A stretch of DNA of 64,000 nt, taken from Octopus sinensis (Eukaryota). The notes beneath the pieces are model-generated. The model was not told the DNA's origin and did not search any database. It saw only the letters and a program-made list of their open reading frames with translations. Positions 27,616 through 39,600 of the stretch are shown here, in pieces (within the stretch, counting starts at the first letter, position 1; every line of letters starts with the position of its first letter). Made by a program: the position numbers and the translations under genes. The stretch lies in NCBI RefSeq assembly GCF_006345805.1, contig NC_043002.1, positions 85,808,001 to 85,872,000 on the forward strand, read 5' to 3'.

Positions 27616-28790
27616 GATATACATATATAGGCACAGGAGTGGTTGTGTGGTAAGTAGCTTGCTTACCAATCACATGGTTCCAGCTGCAGTCCCACTGCAT
27701 GGCACCTTGGTCAAGTGTCATCTACTATAGCCTTGGGTCGACCAAAGTCTTGTGAGTGGATTTGGTAGACAGAAGCTGAAAGAAGCCCATCGTATATGTA
27801 TATATACGTGTGTGTGTGTGTGTGTGCATGTGTTTGTCACCCCACCATCCAGTATGGCCACAGTCAAATGACTGAAATAAGTAAAAGACTAAAAAGGAAA
27901 GAATAAAGAATATACATAGATACACATATGTATTTGTGTATGTGTATATATGTGTGCGTGTATGTATCTATGTATATGCGTCATTGTTCAGTTTTATTTC
28001 AAGATTTCTAACCAATAGAAAAAGAGCCAGTTTCTAACCTAGATCCAAGGCTCCTTCATTGGAATTTCAATATCAACAGGGTATTTTTGTTTGTTTGTAT
28101 GTATGTATGTATAATCAGATTGGAACCTGGTGCAGCCCTCTGGCTTACCAGTTCCTGTCAGACCATCTAACCCATGCCAGCATGGTGATAATAATTGCTA
28201 ATTTTGTAATAGGAATTACAAAGACTTACATGTTAGATAGACATGTAAGGCATTTCCTATTAGAAAGTCTTCAGACAGAAAAACATTATAATACAGATAT
28301 AACATTTAGATGAATAGCTCTGTATTTTGATTAACATACAGCAGCAACTGTGGCCACATATTGGGTTGTGATAATGGGATAAGAGCAGATGTACTTCAAG
28401 AGGAAACAGCTGGGATTTACCCTACCTACCTATATGATTATATATACATACACACACACACACACACATACATATATGTAGTTGAAATTTACAGAAAAAC
28501 TAAAGACGAAGACAGGTGTATGAACAACAAGCAGGTGTATTAGTTGGATGCTCAGGAAAGTGAGAAAGTCTTTTACATTTCGAGCCCATGCTCTTCAACA
28601 GAAAAGAAAATGAGAAAATAAACAACTTGTGAATTTAGTGGTCAAATATAGCAGCTGGTTGAAAAAAAAGGAATGACAGGAGAGGTTACAAGAAGACACA
28701 CACACACACACAGTGTATGTGTTAGCAAATGAAACATGTGTTGTGGTGAATAACTTATACAAAAAAATTTCCTCTTTCCTGTTTTGTTAT

Positions 28791-28839
<49 letters not shown>

Positions 28840-29144
28840 GGAGGCACAATGGCCCAGTGATTAGGGCAGCGGACTCACAGTCAGAGGATTGCGGTTTCAA
28901 TTCCCAGATCGGGCGTTGTGTGTGCTTATTGAACAAAAACACCAAAAGCTCCACGAGGCTCCAGCAGAGGGTGGTGGCAACCCCTGTTGCACTCTTTCGT
29001 CCCAACTTTCTCTCACTCTTTCTTCCTGTAATGCTGCGATGGCCTGGCATCCCCCGTCCAGCTGGAGGGAACACACACGCCATAGAACCAGGAACCGAGC
29101 CCATGAGCCTGGCTAGGCTTGAAAAGGCCACATAAATAAATAAA

Positions 29145-29181
29145 TAAATATATATATATATATATAATATATATATATATA

Positions 29182-29232
<51 letters not shown>

Positions 29233-29688
29233 TATATATATATATATATAATATATACATATATATATATAATATAATATACATATATATATATACATAT
29301 ATATATATACATATATATAATATACATATATATATATATATATCTATACATATCTCTATATATACATATATTATTATACAATATATATAAAACTATACAT
29401 ATCAGATATATATATATATACATATATAAATACATATATATTATACATATATATATTACATATATATATATAATATATATATATCCATAGTAGATATATA
29501 TTACATATATATATATATATATATATATATTACATATAATATAATTCATAGATATATATAGATAATATATACATATATATATATATATCTATACTATATA
29601 CATATATATATAATCTATACATATATATATATATATATTCTATATATATCTCCATACTATATATATATACATATATATATATATATTA

Positions 29689-29722
<34 letters not shown>

Positions 29723-29768
29723 CATATATATATATATATACATATATAGTCATCTATACATATTACTA

Positions 29769-29802
<34 letters not shown>

Positions 29803-29816
29803 CATATATATATATA

Positions 29817-29863
<47 letters not shown>

Positions 29864-30448
29864 TACATATATATATTATATATACATACCTATTATATAC
29901 ATATACATATACATATATAATATATATATATATATATATATACATATACATACATATCCATATACATATATATATATATATACATACATATATATATCAT
30001 ACATTACATATACATATATATATACATATACATAATATATAGATATTACACATATATATATATATATATATACACATATATATATATATACATATACATA
30101 TATATATCATATATACACATTATATATAACATATATATATATACATATATACATATATATATACTATAATACACTATATTATACTATATACATCTATATA
30201 TATACATATATACATATATATATTATATTATCACATATAATATATATACACATAAATATATACACAATATACATATATCTATATACATATATAACATATA
30301 TATATATACATATACATATATATATATAATATAATATATACACACACCATATATATATATATACACATATATTATATATATATAATCCACATATATATAT
30401 ATATATATATATACATATACATATTATATATATATATATATATATCAT

Positions 30449-30492
<44 letters not shown>
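29145..30492. repeat. ~1.35 kb degenerate (TA)n tract with TAC interruptions
   Basis: Read directly; source of the spurious Y/I-rich ORFs. Confidence 0.97.
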
Positions 30493-30493
<1 letters not shown>

Positions 30494-30509
30494 TCTTTTT
30501 ACTCTTTTC

Positions 30510-30888
30510 TCTTTTACTGTTTCAGTCATTGACTGCGGCCATGCTGGAGCAACGCCTTTTAGTCGAGCAATCGACCCCGGAACTTATTCTTTGTAAGCCC
30601 AGTACTTATTCTATCGGTCACTTTTTGCCGAACCACTAAGTGACGGGGACGTAAACACACCAGCATCGGTTGTCAACCAATGCTAGGGGGACAAACAGAA
30701 ACACACACATACATATATATACATATATACGACAGGCTTCTTTCAGTTTCCATCTACCAAATCCACTCACAAGGCATTGGTCGGCCCGGGGCTATAACAG
30801 AAGACACTTGCCCAAGATGTCACGCAGTGGGACTGAACCCGGCACCATGTGGTTGGTTAGCAAGCTACTTACCACACAGCCACTCCTA
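30510..30888 (-). mobile_element. Well-preserved full-length SINE family A
   Basis: tactgtttcagtcattgactgcggccatgctggagc ... ctacttaccacacagccactcct; CpGs retained. Confidence 0.9.
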
Positions 30889-30987
30889 TATATATATATA
30901 TATATATATATGCATGTGTGCATAAAAAGTATCTCGATAACACAACATTTATAGATGAGAAACTAAATCTGTTACTTTTTCTTGCAG

Positions 30988-31060
30988 AAATATAGGACTT
31001 GGTACATGCCTAGTGTGGGGACGTATCGGCGGCATTTTGTCTCCCCAGATAAGTCTATTA
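30988..31060 (+). CDS. SLC22 family transporter gene, penultimate coding exon (TM11)
   Basis: Acceptor ttactttttcttgcag|, donor |gtaagt. The 73 nt read (R)NIGLGTCLVWGRIGGILSPQISLL, a typical SLC22 TM11. Phase matches both neighbouring exons. Confidence 0.93.
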
Positions 31061-31767
31061 GTAAGTAGTCTTTCACTTTTTTCTATTGTAACTGTATTTA
31101 TCTTGTTTGTTGTTACTGTAATTGTCATCAATCATTATAAACGTTATTTTCTGTATATGCAAATACTAGAAGGATGGTGGAGGTTGAGAGACCAAATAAA
31201 ATGCTTTATGATGTAGCTCTATGTGGTTACTTGAATTGTTTGAAATAACTGCCTTTAACTCATACCCTACTGTGTTGAAAAATGAAGGGCGGCTCATTGA
31301 GTTATATAGTTCTAGATACATTATATGATGTATCTAGTTCTCATGACAATATATTCTAGATAACATTTCATTCGGTATGATGTTTTCCTTCTGTTATTTG
31401 ATTAAATAACAACATTATTCCAGCCCATACAAAACTGTTGCTCTAAGTAACAATGTGGATTTTACATGCATATGTATTTTTCTGATATGAAACAGCTCTG
31501 TAAATGACGATAATGTTATTTTAAGATATAATTGTTTTATATTTCAACTCTTTGTACAAATAAAATATAATTGTTTTATATTTTAAGTCTTTGTACACAT
31601 AAGATAATTTACCAGTATAAAATAATTTGTACATCAACTTAGTCAAACATGTAACAGTTTCTATCTTTTATATATTTTGGGGGTTTTAATTTATATTAAT
31701 GATAACTTACAATTATTTACATCCTTATTTATATTCCATTGTATTATTTTCACTTTTTCATTATATT

Positions 31768-31809
<42 letters not shown>

Positions 31810-32009
31810 CACATGCATGCATACATACATACATACATACAGACAGACATACATACCTCTTCCTGATGATCTCCTATACAGCCCCAAAACAGATGGGCTG
31901 TCTTACCTCAGAGAAGACCTGGATGGAAAGCACTCAACATACAAAAAAAGACCATGTATGGGTATGTTGCCCAGAACCTTGAAGAAGACAGTAGAATTGA
32001 CATGAAGCA

Positions 32010-32565
32010 CAGTGGTGTAACCAGCCCATTTATGCGTACCCTTCCTCATTGGACACTAAACTCTGCTAGTGAAGATCTGTTGAGGCAAGTGAAATCGAAA
32101 TCAAATTCGATGACAGCACCATATGAATGGCACCCGTGCCAGTGGAATGCTAAGAGCACCATCTGAGCATCATCGTTGCCAGAGCTGCTGACTGGCTCCC
32201 ATGCTGGTGGCACATAAAATGCACCATTTGAGCGTGATTGTTACCAGTGTCGCCTTACTGGCACTTGAAAAACAACATTCGAGCAAGGTCATTGCCAGTA
32301 CCGCTCGACTAGCTCCTGTGCAGGTGACATGTGAAAACACCATTTGAGCGTGGCCATTGCCAATACTGCCTGGCTGGCCCTCATGCCGGTGGCACGTAAA
32401 AGTACCCACTACACTCTTGGAGTGGATGGTGTTAGGAAGGCATCTAGCTGTAGAAACTCGGCTAATCAGAATGGAGCCTGGTGCAGCCATCTGGCTTGCA
32501 AGTCCTCAGTCAAACCGTCCAACCCATGCCAGCATGGAAAGCGAACATTAAACGATGATGATGAT
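32010..32565 (+). mobile_element. Longest copy of (GAT)n-tailed family D repeat
   Basis: Internal tandem units, gttaggaaggcatctagctgtagaaac, ends ccatgccagcatggaaagcgaacattaaacgatgatgatgat. Confidence 0.8.
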
Positions 32566-32574
32566 ATGTGTGTG

Positions 32575-32940
32575 TGTGTGTGGTAAGAAACTTGCTTCCC
32601 AACCACATGGTTCCAGGTTCACTCCCATTGCATGGCATCTTGAGCAGATGTCTTCTGCTATAGCCTCAGGCCGACCAAACCCTTGTGAGTGTATTTGGTA
32701 GATGGAAACTGAAAGAAGCTTTTCATATATATATGTATATATATATGTATTTGTATTTGTGTGTCTGTGTTTGTCACCCCACTATCGCTTCACAACTGAT
32801 GTTGGTGTGTTTACATCCCCATAAAAGTGACTGATAGGCCTACAAAGAATAAGTCCTGGGGTAGACTTGTTCGACTAAAGGTAGTGCTTCAGCATGGCCA
32901 CAGTCAAATGACTGAGACAAGTAAAAGAATAAAATAAAAG
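32575..32940 (+). mobile_element. SINE family A
   Basis: tgtggtaagaaacttgcttcccaaccacatgg ... cagcatggccacagtcaaatgactgagacaagtaaaag. Confidence 0.85.
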
Positions 32941-33499
32941 AATATATCTAAACGATATGTATATGATCAAACAGACTCTAATGAGTCTAGTGTTGGTTTG
33001 CATTGGCAAGACTTGTATTATGTAATAAAACCAATAAAGGGAGCACATGGAGCTTGCCATGAAGAATGGAAAACCCAACATTTCAGACAAAGTCTTTCTT
33101 CTGGCGAAAAGTTGAAAGGAGAGTAATTAATGAGACACGGCAGAATTTTACATCCTATAATTTAAAAAAAGATATATTGGATGTAACAGATGCATACATA
33201 CGGAATAAAACTGATAAAAAGAATACAGGGAAATTGAAATGAGAAGTGGGAAATGCAGCATTTCAGATGATCCTCATTTAGGGAAGAGTGGAAAGGAGAG
33301 GAATTAATGAGACACAGCAGAGTTTTGCATCCACTAGGTGTCTGTAACTTAGAGGATGTGTAACTCTGCTGTCTCTTATTAATTTCTATACTTTCAGCTT
33401 TTTTCCCCCAAAGAAGTGCTGTCTGAAAAGTTGAATTTTTCCATTCCCCTAGGCATTTCCACTGTACTCTTTATATCGAATTTAAAAATATAGATACAT

Positions 33500-33872
33500 T
33501 ACTCCTTTACTTGTTTCAGTCATTTGACTGCGGCCATGCTGGAGCACCGCCTTTAGTCGAGCAAATCGACCCTAGGACTTATTCTTTGTAAGCCTAGTAC
33601 TTATTCTATCGGTCTCTTTTGCCGAACCGCTAAGTTGCAGGGACATAAACACATCAACATCGGTTGTCAAGCGATGTTGGTGGGGGACAAACACAGACAC
33701 ACAAACACACACATACATATATATACATATATACGACGGGCTTCTTTCAGTTTCCGTTTACCAAATTCACTCACAAGGCTTTGGTCGGCCCGAGGCTATA
33801 GTAGAAGACACTTGCCCAAGGTGCCATGCAGGTTGGTAAGCAAGCTACTTATCACACAGCCACTCCTGCGCC
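33500..33872 (-). mobile_element. Well-preserved SINE family A
   Basis: Collinear with 30510-30888; head ...cacacagccactcctgcgcc. Confidence 0.9.
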
Positions 33873-33985
33873 TTGATTAATATTTATATCCATTTTAGTT
33901 TTTCATCTTTTCAAATAAATAAAATGCATTTTTTTTTTTAAACTCGAAACAAAATATAAATGTTTTTCCTTTCTTTATTTGGCAG

Positions 33986-34303
33986 CACAAATATGTTCAC
34001 CCCTTGATGCCATTCCTTTGCCTCGGAGCACTCTCCTTCATCACTGGTGGACTTTCACTGCTGCTACCTGAAACAAAAGACTCAAAATTTCCCGATAACA
34101 TCGATGACCTCGACATGTCGAAGCCAGTTTACAATATCCCTGTAATCATAGTTGATGAGCCGCAAGACACCCCCTTCCAGAACAGCACAATTGTGAATGG
34201 CACCGGCACCACAAATGGTACAACGACTGCTATCCTACCGCCAGGTACAAATTCAATTGCATCGAACGCAAATGGTTCTGCTTTGACAACTACTGAACTT
34301 TGA
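33986..34303 (+). CDS. SLC22 family transporter gene, last coding exon (TM12, LLPETK motif, C-terminal tail)
   Basis: Acceptor tttcctttctttatttggcag|, phase 0. Reads HKYVHPLMPFLCLGALSFITGGLSLLLPETKDSKFPDNIDD...LTTTEL*, in frame with ORF 34004..34303. LLPETK..P is the MFS/SLC22 motif after TM12. Confidence 0.94.
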   Translation, partial: HKYVHPLMPFLCLGALSFITGGLSLLLPETKDSKFPDNIDDLDMSKPVYNIPVIIVDEPQDTPFQNSTIVNGTGTTNGTTTAILPPGTNSIASNANGSALTTTEL

Positions 34304-34839
34304 TTGGTTTGCGGCCATTTCTATTTTAATTTCATTCCATTATTCATAAATTTCACTGGTGTTGTTGTTATCGATGTTGTTGTGATGAAAATGATGATGA
34401 TAATTATTATTGTTATTTATTGAAGGTGGCAAAATGGCAGAATTATTAGAGTTGCAGAGTAAATGCTTTACAGTATTTATTTACAAATCTTTATGTTCAA
34501 CTTCAAATTCCACTGAGGTTAAACTTTGCCTGTCCTCGTTCTGGGGTTGATAAAATAAGTACCATGCAAAATACTGAAGTTGTTATAATTGACTGTTCCC
34601 TCCCCAAAAATGTGTGGCATTGTGCCTATTTAAAAAAAATATTATTATTGTTTTTTTGAAATTGGTGGACTGGCAGAATCAGTGGAGCAACATATAAAAT
34701 GATGAATCGGCTAAATCAGAAGAGTGATGAACAGAATAACTTCTGATATCTAGTCATGCCTTGTTATGTTCTGAGTTCAAATCATACCAGGGTTGATTTT
34801 TGCCTTTCATCGTTCCAGCTGTTGATAGAATAAATGCTT

Positions 34840-34948
34840 ATATATGTAATGGGTTAAAACACCCTAAGCCTACTTTCTTACATATGTAACAAGTGTAATA
34901 TGATGTACCCAATTCCTAGTATGGTGGGTGTTGTTCACAATATATCCA

Positions 34949-34988
<40 letters not shown>

Positions 34989-35011
34989 GCATATATATAT
35001 ATATATTATGC

Positions 35012-35051
<40 letters not shown>

Positions 35052-35060
35052 TATTATATA

Positions 35061-35106
<46 letters not shown>

Positions 35107-35144
35107 ATATATATATATATTATATATATATATGCATATATATA

Positions 35145-35196
<52 letters not shown>

Positions 35197-35282
35197 ATAT
35201 ATATGCATATATATATATATATATGCATATATATATATATGCATATATATATATATTATATATATATAATATTATATATATA

Positions 35283-35328
<46 letters not shown>

Positions 35329-35538
35329 TATATATATATATATATGCATATATTATATATATTATATATGCATATATATAATATATATGCATATATATAA
35401 TATATTGTATATATATATATATATATGCATATATATATATATGCATATATATTATATATAATATTATATATATGCAATATATATATATATAGATATATAT
35501 ATTAATATATTATATATATATTATATATTATATATATA

Positions 35539-35580
<42 letters not shown>

Positions 35581-35610
35581 GCATATATATAATATATATA
35601 TATATATATA

Positions 35611-35654
<44 letters not shown>

Positions 35655-35679
35655 TATATATATATATATATATGCATAT

Positions 35680-35712
<33 letters not shown>

Positions 35713-35714
35713 GC

Positions 35715-35754
<40 letters not shown>

Positions 35755-35785
35755 TATATATATATATATATTATATATATATATA

Positions 35786-35835
<50 letters not shown>

Positions 35836-35882
35836 TATATATATATATGCAATATATATATATATAATGCATATATTATATA

Positions 35883-35920
<38 letters not shown>

Positions 35921-35922
35921 GC

Positions 35923-35957
<35 letters not shown>

Positions 35958-36590
35958 GTGGTGTTGTAGGTTAATAATATTCTAAACCTACTACCTATAT
36001 ATGTAATGGGTTAACACTATAAACCCACAACCCATTTATGTATTGGATTAACAATATACCCACCAGCTACATATGTAGTAGATCGACAATATATTATACC
36101 CACTGACTACATATGTAATGGATCAACAGTATAATATACCCACCACTTACATATGTAGGGGTTTGACATTACAATATACCCATCTTCTGCATATGTAGTG
36201 GGTTAACAATATACCCACTACTTCCAACTGTAGTGGGATGGTAATGCACTATACCTACTCACTACATATACAGAAGGTCAACAATATACCCACCTCCTAC
36301 CATTGTAGTGGGATGACAATGCACAATACCAACTCACTACATATGCAGAAGGTCAACAATGTAGCTACCTTCTACATATGTGATGAGTTAACAATATACT
36401 ACTTTTACTACCTACATATATAATGGATGGGGTGAACAAAACAATATACCCACCCTCTCTATATGCACTGTGTGAGCAATATGATACACCCACCACATAT
36501 ATATGTTGTGTATCTACAATATATTATGCCCTCTACCTATATATAGTGTATCAATAACATTCTATGCCCCCTATATATATATATGGGCTT
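34840..36590. repeat. Degenerate ~30-36 bp minisatellite (ctacatatgtaatgggttaacaatatacccacc) interrupted by a ~1 kb (TA)n/TGCA tract at 34951-35957
   Basis: Units visible at 34840-34950 and roughly 17 more at 35960-36590. Confidence 0.85.
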
Positions 36591-36683
36591 GTTTCTAAGT
36601 TAGACGTTATTAGGTACTGCTATAGCCAGTAAGGGTTATTCGAAATGTGAAAACTGCTAATTTGAAAATATTATTATAAACAG

Positions 36684-39600
36684 GGCAGTGAGCTGACAGA
36701 ACCGTAAACATGCAGGGCAAAATGCTTAGTGGCATTTCTTCTGTCCTTGCGTTCTGAGTTCAAATTCTACCAAGGTCAGCTTTGCCTTTCATCCTTTTGG
36801 GGGTCGATAAATTAAGTACTAGTGAAACACTGGGGTTGATGTAATTGATCGGTCCCCTCCCCCAAATTTTCAGGCCTTGTGCCTAGAGTAGAAAATATTA
36901 TTATTATTATTATTACTAAGGCAGCAAACGCACCGAATCATTACCATGCTGGATAAAATGCTTAGCAGCATTGCTTCTGACACATTACATTCTGAGTTCA
37001 AATACCACCAAGGTCAACTTTTGCCCTCTTGGGGTTAAGATAAGTTCCAGTTGAACATTGGGGTCAATGTAATCAGCTTACTCCCTCCCTCAAAATTGCT
37101 GGCCTTGTGCCAAAATTTGAAACCACTTGGAGGCCGCATGTTGGCAGAATTTTTAGCATGTAAGACAAAAAATGTTTAGTATCATTTCTTCAGATTTATC
37201 AATCTAAGTTCAAATTCTACCAAGGTCGATTTTACTTTCATCCTTTTGGGATTGATAAAATAAGTACCAGTCAAGCCGCTTCCCCCAAAATTTCAGGATC
37301 ATTATTATTGTAGAATCTATAAAGTGGTGCACAAAATACCTCATGGTATTTTGTTAAGCCTTTTTATGTCTGATTTCAAATCACACCAAGATTAAATTTG
37401 TTTGTTATCTTCCCAGGGTCAATAAAAATAAAGTACTAATCAAATACTGGTGTTGATCCCAACTATACTTAACACAAATTTGAGGCTTTGTGCTTATGAC
37501 AGAAACCTATATTACTTAATATCAGAAGGCAGTGAGCTGGTAGAAATGTTAGACAGAATGCTTAGCGACATTATTTCTGGCTTATTTTCTGAGTTCAAAT
37601 GCTGCCAAGGTTAACTTTGCCTTTCATCCTTATGGGATCAATAAAATAAGTTCTAGTCAATACTAAGGTCAATGTTGCTGGCTTTGTACTGAAATTAGAA
37701 AGTATATTACTTACTGCCAAGGTGGGAGATGGTTGAATTATAGGATGTTGAATGGTTGAATTATAAGACAGTGGATGGTAGAACCATAGGACAATGAATT
37801 GGTAGAATCATAGGTCAGTGCATCGTAAAACCATACAGTTGTGGTTGGCAGAATTGGTAGTGTGATGGACAAAATATACCTTTTGGTATTTCATAATGCC
37901 CTTCTGTGTTTTGAGTTGAAATCCCACTCAGAGTTCCAATTTACTTATTATTCTTCCATTGTTGATAAAAAGTAAAGTTAATCAAAGTCAATATAATTGA
38001 GTAAAACCCTTGAAGGGAGTGCCCCAGTATAGCTTGAGTCCAATGACTAAAACCAATAACAGAATATAATAAATAGTATTACTATTGTTAATAAAATAAA
38101 TGCCACTTATATTCTAGGGGTAATTCAATCAAAACATATTTTATTCCCTTCACAAACAAGTGGCTAAACTTAAAGTTCATTATTGTTATTACTAGGGGTC
38201 AAAAAGGTAGTGAGCTGGAAGAATCATAAGCATATTTATTTTAACATTTTGGAGTCAATAAAATAAGTACCAGTTGAACACTGGAGTCAATGTAATTGAC
38301 TTAACCCCTTTGCCATACTTGCTGGCCTTGTGCCAAAATTTGAAACCATTATTATTATTATTAAGATAACAAGCTGGCAGAATCATTAAGCACACGGGAT
38401 GAAATGCTTAGCAGTATTTCACCCATCGCTCCTATCTGAGTTCAAATTCCGCTGAGGTCAACTTTGCCTTCCATCCTTTTGATAAATTAAGTACCAGTTG
38501 AATGCTGGGATCAATGTAATTGACTCATCAATTTAATTGACCCAATGTAATTGACTCCCCCAAAATGACTGCCCTTATGGCAAAATTTGAAACCATTATT
38601 ATTATTATCATCATCATCATCATTATTATGATTATTATTTTTATTTGGGGTCAAAAGGCTTTGAACAGACTCATTAGCATGCCAAACAAAATGCTTTGCA
38701 ACATTTCTTCTGGCTTTAAATTCTGAGTTCAAATTCCACCAATACCATCTTTGCCATTCATCCTTTCATGATTGATAAAATAAGTCCCAATCAAGTACTT
38801 GGATCATTGCAATCAACTAGCCCCCTCCCAACAAATTTTTAGGCCATGTACCTATAATAGAAAGGATTATTAGAAGTCCATAAAGTAAACAGCTCTCAAG
38901 TGCTGCAGAAAGGAGGGGGTGGTTCTTTTTTTAATTAATTAGTAACACTTCCCCTCCACAAAATATGTGATCTTCTGCTCGTTACAAATTATTATTTCTT
39001 AGTATTTAATTGCAGCCAGTTCACTACATTCTAAACACAAATCCCTCTCTTAGCCTCTTCTACCACTACTATTGTGGCCTCTGCTCACAAGAGCTGGTTG
39101 GCTTTCATGCCACATACACTATGTCATTTCTCCTCCTTTCATTACTCCCAGCCCACTTAATCTGCACTAACCGTTATACCAAGTCCTTCCTCCCCAGAAT
39201 GTCAGTTTGTTGGAATATGTCCTTCTGCATGTTTTTCCAGCAACTTACATCTCATACCTTTTTAAGAACATTGTAAGCCACATAGACCTCACCACTCTCA
39301 GATTACTGAAAAGGCTAAGGGGACATTCCCTTTATCTAGATCAAACAAAAAATTTTAAAAGTGGGTACGTTTTGCCTGTCATCTTTTCAAAGTCAGTAAA
39401 ATAAAAGTACCAGTTAGATATTTGGGATCAGTTGAATTTGCTTTACACGTCTTCAAAATGTGTGATTTTTGTGGCCAGTGTTAGAAATCAATTATTATTA
39501 TTAGTAGTAGTAGTAGTATTCATTTGTTTTTATGTTCTGAGTTCAAATTCCACCAAGGTCGACTTTTGCCTTTCATTCTTTTGATGTCAATAAATTAAGT

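Larger units (their letters stand above)
3727..30987 (+). other. 27.3 kb GT-AG intron of the SLC22-like gene, filled with transposon debris
   Basis: Joining the flanking exons gives the contiguous motif ELFPTVVR-NIGLG, so no intervening coding exon is needed. Confidence 0.85.

Noticed and set aside
31013-31216. 67 aa hydrophobic ORF
   Set aside because: Only the first 16 codons are exon; the remainder is intron read-through past gtaagt.
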